The position numbers were made by a program, and so were the translations under genes. From a bacterium (GTDB lineage: Bacteria > Patescibacteriota > Dojkabacteria > SC72 > WJKH01), in contig JAKPPS010000052.1 in the NCBI GenBank assembly GCA_029547225.1, positions 1 to 63,219 on the forward strand: DNA of 63,219 bases. The letters are read 5' to 3'. Position 1 is the first letter of the stretch. Each line of letters begins with the position of its first letter. Of the stretch, positions 27,005 through 36,700 are shown piece after piece. The notes under the pieces are model-generated. The model did no database searches. It saw only the letters and a list, made by a program, of their open reading frames with translations, and had not been told where the DNA came from.

Positions 27005-30000
27005 TTACTTTACTCGAACAAAATACCCCGCATTTGGAAAAAGTTTATAGTCAAACCCGTAATCTGTGTCATCTATAGATAAATAATTTTTATACTGGCC
27101 ATTTTCCCATTTTGAAACTGTATCAATATCGGATGATAATATTTCATTATCATTGTTTATTAGTGTATCCGCTGTCATATCCTTAATTGGATTTGGTATA
27201 CCTATTAAGTTCCAGCCGATATTTAAGTCATAATTAGGATTTTCTGTAAAACGGTGTCCGTTTAGCCTGAAAGATATTTTACTTTCGGCTTTAACAAAAT
27301 AGGCCTCACCAGGTAATATTGAAAAGTTTTCTCCATAAGGAATATCGCCTCTACGTGATGAAATCATCCACTTACCATCTCGATAAGTAGAAATGTGCAT
27401 TATTGGTATATCCTGAGATTGAAAATATGTTAACAGTTGTTGTGAATCCTGAATTGTTCGACCATTTGCATCGCTTATGACCATAGGTATGGATATAAGA
27501 TTCCAACCTTTTAGCATATCATAATCCGTAAAATGAATTTGAGATTCTAACTCAACAGTAACCGTATCAAGTATTGGTTCATTTTCCTGTTTTATGCCGT
27601 CTTTATTTAGGTCATTAAATACTTTTACCTCTTGTCCCGGTGAATAGAATATATATTTTGAAGTAGTCTGATAACCCTCAACTGATGGAGTATACATTCC
27701 TTCGTACTGAGTGTCTTGCGCTTTTACTTTATTTATAAAAATGTTTTCTAATATGGATGAACCTTGAGAAGTTGTTACTCCAACTAAAACCTCATCTGTT
27801 CTACATTTCAAAGAATAAGTTGCATAATTTAATATTGCAGAAGGATATTTAGAACAAAAATCGTAGTTCTTCTCTAAAGCTAGGCTATAAGATTCACATG
27901 AAGCGTTTTTAAGTATTCCATCTGCAAGAGTCTGGCCAATATCGCTTTTAACATCTTCATAAACCTGAGTGCCACATTTTTCGTTTCCATTACTATCATA
28001 AAAAATATAACCTCCACCATTATTAGATCGAGCTTCAGCACCTACTTCTGTAGCTACCGTCCTACAAAAAGTATAATTAGAACCAGAAACAAATCCACAT
28101 CCAGCGAGATCTGATAATTTCCCTTCATTTAGTTTATCTAGGTACTCTTTATCGGATTTGAATAATTGGATATAGTGACCAACTTCATGTTCAAGAATAT
28201 CGTATTTTGCACAATTACTTATTGTGTTAATCCATGTTCCACACTGCAGGGTTGAGCCAGATGCGAGACAACCTGTATCGCCAGAAGTTAAAATTAGTCC
28301 GCCATAATTTACACAATTTTCACATTTAGCATCTGTATTGCTGTTACATCCACATTCTTTATTATAAATTTCCCGCCACATTTCTTCAGTATCGAGAGAA
28401 TTTACTTTATTTTTTTCTTTTTTCCATATTTCATCAGAGATATAGCTTGGCTTTCCAGAACATAGTCCATCGTTAATAACTTGTGAAGCTTGACAAGCTG
28501 AATTATATTGATCCAAAATGCACATTGAGGATTGACAAGTAAAACCATATACACAATTGTGAGTAGATCCTGTCCAAGTACAGCTTTCTCCGTCTAAAGC
28601 ATTATGCTCAACTCGATTTTCGAGATATGCTTCACCACAGGATAATTTGCCAAAATCTCCTCCAAGTAAGCCTTGTTCATTTTGACCTTCTTGATTGTGT
28701 TCATAAAAATTTTCACAATAATCGTCTCCAGATTCATTTTCAATACAAATCCCGCTCAAACACCTTTTTGGTATTTCACAATCATTCGGATCACCCTCTT
28801 TACATCTAGCTAATGAAGCACCTGTATCATCACAAAAATATTTTTTTGCCGGAATTTCATTAGTAATGGATGTCTTACTCTTGCAAACTCCTTTCGTATA
28901 ATCCCATGTGCATCCGAGATTTAATCCTTCACCTACTTGATTACATGCATCTATTGAGAGCAATAAATCACATCTATCACACCCACGGTTTCCAAGAGTC
29001 TTTTTTGCAGTATCATCAATATTGCATAGTTTATTACTTTTATCTACTTCTATAAATGGTCCACAAAAATACTGCCATTGGCAATTCTGTCTACCATCCT
29101 CGCACTCTTCTTCACACCCATTTTTCTTATCAAGATCATCACATTTATCGTTACCACATGTACAATCTTGAGCACAATTTTCACCTGTGTCACATTCTCC
29201 GTCTCCGCATTTGTTCTCAGCTGGCGGATTGATTGGAGCTGCACGCATAACACATCTACCACTCCTAACTTCACAGCCGATACTTGCAAATGCTTCACAA
29301 TCTTCGACTGGTATTTTCGAGCAAGCATCAGCAAAAACTTGATTAATTAACAGACTATTACTCGATTCGGAGAAGTCTTTCAATTGATCATTTTGAGTTT
29401 CAATAAATGATAATTTTTCTAAGACGATATTATCAACTGGTTTAATCTTTGTATTGGGCACCTCTATTGTTTTCTTTGCGTATGGTCCAATAGCCTCAAC
29501 TACTAAAGTCCAGTCTTTTTCAAAAGTCATTTCTTGACCAGTGACAGAATAAATTGTACCAATATCCATACTCCAACCAGTACCATTATCTGTCACAGAA
29601 GTAAGATTCTGTGAAACACCATCAGTAGGGTTTTTTACATATGCCCTTACTATTACATCATCATATGTCTCCCCATATTGATCAAATACATATCCATAAA
29701 TAGGATTAGGTGTTTTGATGGATTCACGAATAGGAAAAGTATTAATACTTCCGCCGAGACTTGTGGTAAAGATGCCTGTATTAAAACGATAATTGTATTC
29801 AGTTTCTGGATCTAAGCCATAGATTGTTACGTGATGAGAATAATATTTACCTTTATCTATCAATTCATATTTCCCTTGACTTATCTCTTCAATATCTCTT
29901 GTATCATAAAATTTCTTATTATTTTGGAGAAAAGATAATATGAAAAACTTATTATCTGTGCTAATTTCTATTTCGCCTGGATATTTTGTATATGTCGTCC

Positions 30001-30205
30001 ATGATAATGTCGCACTATTTGAAGTAATATTGGATATCGTAATATTATTTACTTCACCTTTATAATTTCGATCTGTAATCAAATACCAAACATATACCCC
30101 CGCTACAATAAGTACAATTACTGCTAAAACAATAGCTATTATTGTTAGAGTTCTTGATTTTTTCTTAACTGTCGGTTCATTTATTATCGCTTGATTCTCG
30201 AACAT
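27005..30205 (-). CDS. Giant cysteine-rich surface protein, paralog C (1066 aa) with HEVGH zincin motif
   Basis: N-terminal anchor (TIIAIVLAVIVLIVAGVYVWYL). FN3/PAP-N-like domain (ATLSWTT...HHVTIYGLDPETEYNYRF). Cys-rich core including CGDGECDTGENCAQDC. HEVGH at 28175-28189. C-terminal GWNL/PGEAYF tandem module. Confidence 0.85.
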   Translation of the reverse strand: MFENQAIINEPTVKKKSRTLTIIAIVLAVIVLIVAGVYVWYLITDRNYKGEVNNITISNITSNSATLSWTTYTKYPGEIEISTDNKFFILSFLQNNKKFYDTRDIEEISQGKYELIDKGKYYSHHVTIYGLDPETEYNYRFNTGIFTTSLGGSINTFPIRESIKTPNPIYGYVFDQYGETYDDVIVRAYVKNPTDGVSQNLTSVTDNGTGWSMDIGTIYSVTGQEMTFEKDWTLVVEAIGPYAKKTIEVPNTKIKPVDNIVLEKLSFIETQNDQLKDFSESSNSLLINQVFADACSKIPVEDCEAFASIGCEVRSGRCVMRAAPINPPAENKCGDGECDTGENCAQDCTCGNDKCDDLDKKNGCEEECEDGRQNCQWQYFCGPFIEVDKSNKLCNIDDTAKKTLGNRGCDRCDLLLSIDACNQVGEGLNLGCTWDYTKGVCKSKTSITNEIPAKKYFCDDTGASLARCKEGDPNDCEIPKRCLSGICIENESGDDYCENFYEHNQEGQNEQGLLGGDFGKLSCGEAYLENRVEHNALDGESCTWTGSTHNCVYGFTCQSSMCILDQYNSACQASQVINDGLCSGKPSYISDEIWKKEKNKVNSLDTEEMWREIYNKECGCNSNTDAKCENCVNYGGLILTSGDTGCLASGSTLQCGTWINTISNCAKYDILEHEVGHYIQLFKSDKEYLDKLNEGKLSDLAGCGFVSGSNYTFCRTVATEVGAEARSNNGGGYIFYDSNGNEKCGTQVYEDVKSDIGQTLADGILKNASCESYSLALEKNYDFCSKYPSAILNYATYSLKCRTDEVLVGVTTSQGSSILENIFINKVKAQDTQYEGMYTPSVEGYQTTSKYIFYSPGQEVKVFNDLNKDGIKQENEPILDTVTVELESQIHFTDYDMLKGWNLISIPMVISDANGRTIQDSQQLLTYFQSQDIPIMHISTYRDGKWMISSRRGDIPYGENFSILPGEAYFVKAESKISFRLNGHRFTENPNYDLNIGWNLIGIPNPIKDMTADTLINNDNEILSSDIDTVSKWENGQYKNYLSIDDTDYGFDYKLFPNAGYFVRVK

Positions 30206-30222
30206 ATTACTAATATGATAAA

Positions 30223-33200
30223 TTATTCAGGCAAAAACTCATCGCCTGTCACACTTAAGACTCTGACAAAATAACCATAGTTTGGATAAACATTATAATC
30301 ATAACTATACTCTTCTTCACCGGTTTTTACAATATTGATATACCTACCATTGTCCCATTTACTCAATGTATCAGATGTAAACCCAGAACTATTCAGTTGA
30401 TTTAAAATCTCAAATCCGGAATAATATTCTTTATTTGAATTATAAATACCAATTAAATTCCATCCAGGATTCAAAATTACTGGCAAAACTCCATCTACTT
30501 TTTTACCTACAAGCTCTATCAAAGCTTCTCTATGATTCAATATGAAATATGCTTCACCAGGAATAATACTAAAATCATCACCGAATGGGACGATCGATCC
30601 TTCTTCATCTTCACGCAAAGAATATGAATAAAATTTTCCATCTAAATACGTCGAAATTGACGTTATATCTGCATTTTGGAGATTTGCAAAATAGATCAGA
30701 TCAGATGCTTTCGATAATTTTGAGGAATTATCACCTTCAAAGACATACGGGAAATGCAACAAATTCCAACCAACTTTTAATTTATATTGTGCTACTGTAT
30801 TTTCCTTATATATTTTATATCCCATTGATTTGATTATTTTATTTGAAATATAATAATCATCACCATTCATAATCCCATTGTTATCAAGATCCTTATAAAA
30901 CACGATCGTATCATCTGGGCTCACGTACAAAGTTTTAACAATATTGTCATAACTCGTTATTGAAAAAACACCAGAATCTAATTCTTCTACTTCTTCATTA
31001 CTCGATGTATTCTTAATAAATAGTTTATCTAATTGATTATTAGATAACTCAAGGCTGGAAGTAGTGACTGGCTCTAAAGTAGGTTTTCTATCACAATTAA
31101 TAAACGGCCCACCCGGGAATGAATCAAAAAGCTCCTTTTGTTTCTCAACGGTACAGCTTTCCTTATCCACTCCAGCCATACCAAAATGAAGATGATATTC
31201 TGTTGATATAGATCCCGTATTTCCAGTAATAAGATTGGTACAATCACCTATATATGCATCATTTTCTTGACCTCCACAAGATAATGCATCTAAATGGCCA
31301 AGCTCAAATACCGTATTCATCTCCGATGTTACAAAAGCTGTACAACCTTCAGTTGTCCACTTTGTATAACAACCGTCTGGGAAGTAATCGTTAATGATAT
31401 CTTCTGAAAGTGGCACAGAAGTAACTGCGATATCTATTGCACAAGTAAAATCTTTGAATTGGTCTCTGTCGTCAGAATGGGACAAATAGGAATTTGAATT
31501 ATTTATTATTGCAGGTCCTTGGGAAACGGGAACATATTTATTTCCGATACCAACACATAATCCAGTTTGAGTACTGCTATTAAACGGAAGTTCGTTAATA
31601 CTAATGCAAGTGTTCGTATATCCGTTTTTATTATCTGGAAGATAGAAAGTCGTACACCTTCCATTTGTACCATCAAAACTACATTCTTCAAGAGAATATT
31701 CCGAGCATTCCTTTTCTTCTACAATCTTACTATTACAACGATATGACGAGTCAGATACCCTAGTCCATTCACAAAGAAGAGAATATTTATCACATATTTC
31801 TTTATACTTTATTGATGAGCATACTGGTTTTTCTACTGTTTCGTATTCATTTGGGAGAGGAAGGTCGTCTTTTGCAGAAATACATTTTTCATAATTTGTA
31901 TCCCATTTGCATCTCTCATCGAGCGAACATCTTGTTAAATCAAATTTATTGCATTCTGAAATTGCATTAATACATCTTCCATATGGGTTACTAACACCTT
32001 CGTTGGTTGGTGGAATGTATATGCAGCGATTACTTGTTTTGCATATTGCTTCTGGGAAGAGCTCACAGTTTTCAAGACTTGCTGGAATATCACGACAAGA
32101 TTCAATACCATTTTCATCAGTTGCCCACTCACAATCTGAATTATTTTTTCCACACTCTAACTGTGAAAAGGAACTACAACTTTGATAATTAGAAATGTTC
32201 ACACCAAATCCCTTTGCAAAAACTTCATGTGTACATACTGAGTTCCATACACAATCACCTCTTTTACAATCATCTTCGTTTAGATAAACACCACACTGCT
32301 CAACCGGTAATGCCAAAATTGGGTTATTACTTCTAACACAAGAATCATCCTTTGACAGATCTTTACTTTCTCTACAAACATATCCGTTTGCACATTCTTT
32401 TATTGTGCCACTAATGACATTAGATAATTTATTATCTTGCGTACATTTTAGTCTTTTTTGAGATACACCTTCCTCATCACCCTGATCATTGATTACATTT
32501 TTATCAGCACACCAATTATCACAATCTAAATTTCCATGTGAGTCAAAATTTAAATCACTATTTTTTACACACGATTTTATATTATTACACTTACATTGAG
32601 TTTCGTTTTCTTTACATTTGTTATTATTAAATGTACCCGTAACTGAAATTCCAGTATTTGTTTTACACTTACTCGAAGTCTTATCGCATATTTGATTACT
32701 CGAACATTGGCCACAAGTACCACCACAACCATCAGAGCCACATTCTTTATTATCACAAGAAGGTTTACAGGTGATAGAGTTATCTTCCTTACCTGCAGTA
32801 GTTTTATCTACATCTGATATTTGTGCAGAAAATACCTTAGGAAGCAAATTTAAAATTTCTTGCTGTTGGTCGCTATTATTATTAAGAATCATTTGCTCAG
32901 TTGGTTGTATATCTTCTATCGGTGAATACGATGTTGATGAATAAGATGAGTTTATCGCATTAACAGTTAATTCAGAATTACCATATATTGGATATTTTGA
33001 AGTGCCATCTGATAATCTAATGTTTGCAAGATCAATCGACCAACCTCTTTTACCATCTAAAGGATAACTATATATCTGTGAAACCACATCTTGATCGTCT
33101 GAAATAGTAAATATAACTAGGGAATCTTCAGATAATTGACCGAATTCGTCCGTAACAATACCATATGCTGGTTGCGGAGTTGAGATTTCCTCAAGCGTAG

Positions 33201-33672
33201 AAAAAGTCTCGAAAGACAAATCAGAATATGAAGGTAAAACTAGGAAGCCAGAGAAAATACTAAAATGATAGTCTTTGCTTGGAGAGAGATTATCTATCGT
33301 AATACTATGTGTATAGCGAGGAAGTTTTTTGTATGAATAGCTATCTTTATCAATCTCGATTTTGTCTCTGTCATCATATATTCTTGCATTCTGGTTAAAC
33401 GATAAAAATGTCTTCTGAGAAGAATCATTTACTATTAAGCTTCCTGTACTTTTATACGTAGTTGTCCAAGTAATTGTAGCGCTTGTATCAGTAATATTTG
33501 TAACCATTAAGTTGTTTACTGATCTAGAAACAATAATATTCCAAATTAAATTACTAAGAAGAAATAAAATTACTATTGTCAATAACCCAATCAATAATTT
33601 ATTGAGTATACTAGAATTGTTCTGATCTGTTATTTTTGTTGACTTATTAAATTTTGTTTCTGAAGGATTCAT
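30223..33672 (-). CDS. Giant cysteine-rich surface protein, paralog B (1149 aa) with M23/LytM-like signature
   Basis: Same N- and C-terminal modules as the other two paralogs. Contains CGSDGCGGTCGQC, about six 4-Cys repeats, and AIDIA...LGHL...GNTGSISTEYHLHF (31174-31452). It lies 17 nt upstream of paralog C. Confidence 0.85.
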   Translation of the reverse strand: MNPSETKFNKSTKITDQNNSSILNKLLIGLLTIVILFLLSNLIWNIIVSRSVNNLMVTNITDTSATITWTTTYKSTGSLIVNDSSQKTFLSFNQNARIYDDRDKIEIDKDSYSYKKLPRYTHSITIDNLSPSKDYHFSIFSGFLVLPSYSDLSFETFSTLEEISTPQPAYGIVTDEFGQLSEDSLVIFTISDDQDVVSQIYSYPLDGKRGWSIDLANIRLSDGTSKYPIYGNSELTVNAINSSYSSTSYSPIEDIQPTEQMILNNNSDQQQEILNLLPKVFSAQISDVDKTTAGKEDNSITCKPSCDNKECGSDGCGGTCGQCSSNQICDKTSSKCKTNTGISVTGTFNNNKCKENETQCKCNNIKSCVKNSDLNFDSHGNLDCDNWCADKNVINDQGDEEGVSQKRLKCTQDNKLSNVISGTIKECANGYVCRESKDLSKDDSCVRSNNPILALPVEQCGVYLNEDDCKRGDCVWNSVCTHEVFAKGFGVNISNYQSCSSFSQLECGKNNSDCEWATDENGIESCRDIPASLENCELFPEAICKTSNRCIYIPPTNEGVSNPYGRCINAISECNKFDLTRCSLDERCKWDTNYEKCISAKDDLPLPNEYETVEKPVCSSIKYKEICDKYSLLCEWTRVSDSSYRCNSKIVEEKECSEYSLEECSFDGTNGRCTTFYLPDNKNGYTNTCISINELPFNSSTQTGLCVGIGNKYVPVSQGPAIINNSNSYLSHSDDRDQFKDFTCAIDIAVTSVPLSEDIINDYFPDGCYTKWTTEGCTAFVTSEMNTVFELGHLDALSCGGQENDAYIGDCTNLITGNTGSISTEYHLHFGMAGVDKESCTVEKQKELFDSFPGGPFINCDRKPTLEPVTTSSLELSNNQLDKLFIKNTSSNEEVEELDSGVFSITSYDNIVKTLYVSPDDTIVFYKDLDNNGIMNGDDYYISNKIIKSMGYKIYKENTVAQYKLKVGWNLLHFPYVFEGDNSSKLSKASDLIYFANLQNADITSISTYLDGKFYSYSLREDEEGSIVPFGDDFSIIPGEAYFILNHREALIELVGKKVDGVLPVILNPGWNLIGIYNSNKEYYSGFEILNQLNSSGFTSDTLSKWDNGRYINIVKTGEEEYSYDYNVYPNYGYFVRVLSVTGDEFLPE

Positions 33673-33730
33673 ATAAAGTAAGAAATATTAATGTACTATA
33701 AATACTATTGTAAATTTATTCTTTAGTCAA

Positions 33731-33757
33731 CAAAACGGGCGACATTATTCGCCCGTT
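33731..33757 (-). terminator. Rho-independent terminator between paralog A and paralog B
   Basis: The stem aacgggcg/cgcccgtt (33734-33757) reads on the minus strand as CGGGCG-loop-CGCCCG followed by TTTTGTTG. Confidence 0.7.
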
Positions 33758-33795
33758 AAGTAAACTAAATATGAATACGTTTACCAATAAGTATT

Positions 33796-36700
33796 CTATT
33801 CAGGGATATAGCTGCCACCTGTTTCACTTAATACCTTAACAAAGTAACCGGCTGTTGGGAAAACCTTATAATCATAGCCATATTCCATGTTATCAGAATA
33901 TACTACTGAATTGTACTTACTATTTTCCCATTTACTTAAGGTATCAGCGACTACTCCCTGACCTTCCATCTGCTTGAGAACATCGAAGGCTTGATAGTTA
34001 TCTACATCTTGTTTGTAGATATTGACTAAATTCCAACCTGGAAGAAGTTGTAGTGGCAAGGCATTTTCATATGCATAACCAACCATAGAAGCTGTTCCAC
34101 TATTTCTACTCTTTACAAAATATGCTTCACCCGGAAGAATAATGAAATTATTACCAACTTCAACATCCTCTCCATTAATATCTTCCTTCATTGAGTATGA
34201 TTCAAACTTGCCTTCACGGTATGTCGCTATCTCTTCAACTAAAATTTCTCTCGCTCTTAGATATTCGTAAATGTCATTTGCAGTTGAAGACTTTTCTTGA
34301 TCAAGAACAAATGGGAAGGATACTAAATTCCAACCTTTACTAAAATCATAGTTTTTTGCTGATTCCACCATCACATAACCAACACCAAGATTTTCGACTT
34401 CATAAGGAGTAAGGATTCTTTCGCCCTCATCTCTGACATTATTTTTGTTCGCATCGTCAAAATAAGCAATATGCGTTTCATTACTTAAGACTAATTTCTC
34501 ATTTGCATTCCCTGTTGATGTATAAATACCAGGTTTTAAGACAGGATCAGAGATTACATTTTCTTGTGCTTTTACATCATTTTTAAAGATATTTAATAAG
34601 GAATTAGTCTCTGTTTCTCCTTCAACTCCAACTTCTAATGTACTCATACCACATGGAAAAGCCCCTGATGGAATATAATCTGTAATGCTTGCGCAGGGTT
34701 TCCAATCTCTTTGTTCATATGTTGGATAGAAAATAGAAACTACTTCATCCTGAATATTTAATTGATTATCATTACAGACAGTCATGGTTGTACAGTCTTC
34801 ACTTTGATAATCAAGATTTGTCAACTTATAAATTTGATCTGAAAAAACTAAATCATTATTCTTACTGCTTATTGAAACTGAAGCTGAGCATTTATTATTC
34901 TCCCAATCGTATTCAGCAGAGCAACCAACTTCGTAGCCGTACAAATCATCCTCTGAGTAATTAGGAAATATTGAGTTAATAGACAGGCCATCTTCCGGAA
35001 GTTCAATTTCAACGTTACAATAACCTTCCTCAGTATTTGAAAGATCACTTATTGGTTTTTCATCTCCACCAACAAATACGCAGTATTCTATTCCTTCTTC
35101 GTTTGAATCTCCAACTTTGAAGCTTATTCCGGATTCACAATTCCCTTCACCTGCTTCAATAACACCATTATTATTACTATCAAGTTCAACCCATGCACAT
35201 GACATGCTTTCTGCTCCATATACATAATGCTCATTGCATTCTTTTTTTCCATATTGAGTTAATGATTCACAACCCTCAACATAAGGCGAAAACGGAAGTG
35301 TACAAACTCCTTCACCCGAAGCAAAAGCTGTCCAATCATAACCATACTTCAAGCATTTTTGCTCATCAAAAATCTGATCAGGTTTTATGGCATTTTGTTC
35401 AATAAAAGACGAATCTACACAACCTGTAGAATTAGAATCGACAAAATAGCTATTTTGAGAATGCGTATCACTTGCAACTACTGTAATTGTCTGATTTTGT
35501 TCATTATTATCTATCCAAGCGCAGCCTGCTTCTAGACAACGACCTACGAGAGGAAATTCCGAATCAAAATCATTAATAGCCTCACAATTGACCTGGCCAT
35601 TAATCATGTAAGTAGCACATTCATCATCTTCGTTGTCATCATTTACCACACAATCACAATCCTCATAGAGAACCTGTTGGTTTAATTGGTTATTTCTATA
35701 CAATGCACCTGTTGCTCGATCACACACATACTGTTTCGAACTTTCTTGACAAAACCCCTCATCCTCTCCTGGTCGCACAAAAAATTCACATTTCAAATCA
35801 TCAAGCATGTTTTCGCAACCTTCTTCTGAATTAAAATCCATACATTCATCTATTCCATCATATATACACTCATTATTCGAACAATACATCCCATTTGTAC
35901 ATTCCGCTAAGTCTGTAAAGCAAGCTCTTCCCACTTCTTCTTTTACACAGGCACCCTCGCCATCGTCAATGTCTCCATCTGCGACATCTACTTTACTCAT
36001 TGGCTCACAATATTCATTAGATTTACAATCAGTATTTTTGGTACAAGAAGTATAATTCTCGACTTCATAGTAATCTCCCTCAGAAGTTTGGTACATACAC
36101 TTTCCATTTAAGCAGAATTGATTTTGTCCGCATTCCTCGTTTTTACTACATGCAAATACAGTAGGAAAGCCCTTAACACATTTATTTTTTATACAATCAT
36201 ATTGACTATCTCTACAATCATCTGCATTATTACAATAATCAAATTTTTGACATGTTGGAGGGCGATTTCCGACTCTAATACATTTTAGATTTTGATCACA
36301 TGAATCATCTTCATCTAATTCACATCTATCTCCGACTCGTGCAGGTCGTTCTGTTTCTGGTTGACTTTGATTTTGTTGACTAGTTGAACCTGATACAGAA
36401 TTTTGAGAAGGAGTCGGCTGAGTATCTGTAGCAGGCTTGGGTTTTAAAAATGATCCAGAAACGGAGCCACCAGATCTAGGTGAATCTCCTCCTCCATCAA
36501 TTACTGGATCTTGTTCAAACGGATTAGCAGCAAACAATCGGTTTACAAGAAGTTTATTCGACTCTTTAACGATCTCCTCTGCGTCATCTGATTTAATTAT
36601 TAAATCAGGGCATGGTGCGATATTCTCTGCATTAAATTGAATCGATTTCTCTTTTCCATCTACAATAGCTGAAAGCTCTGCTATAACTTCATTATCAAAT

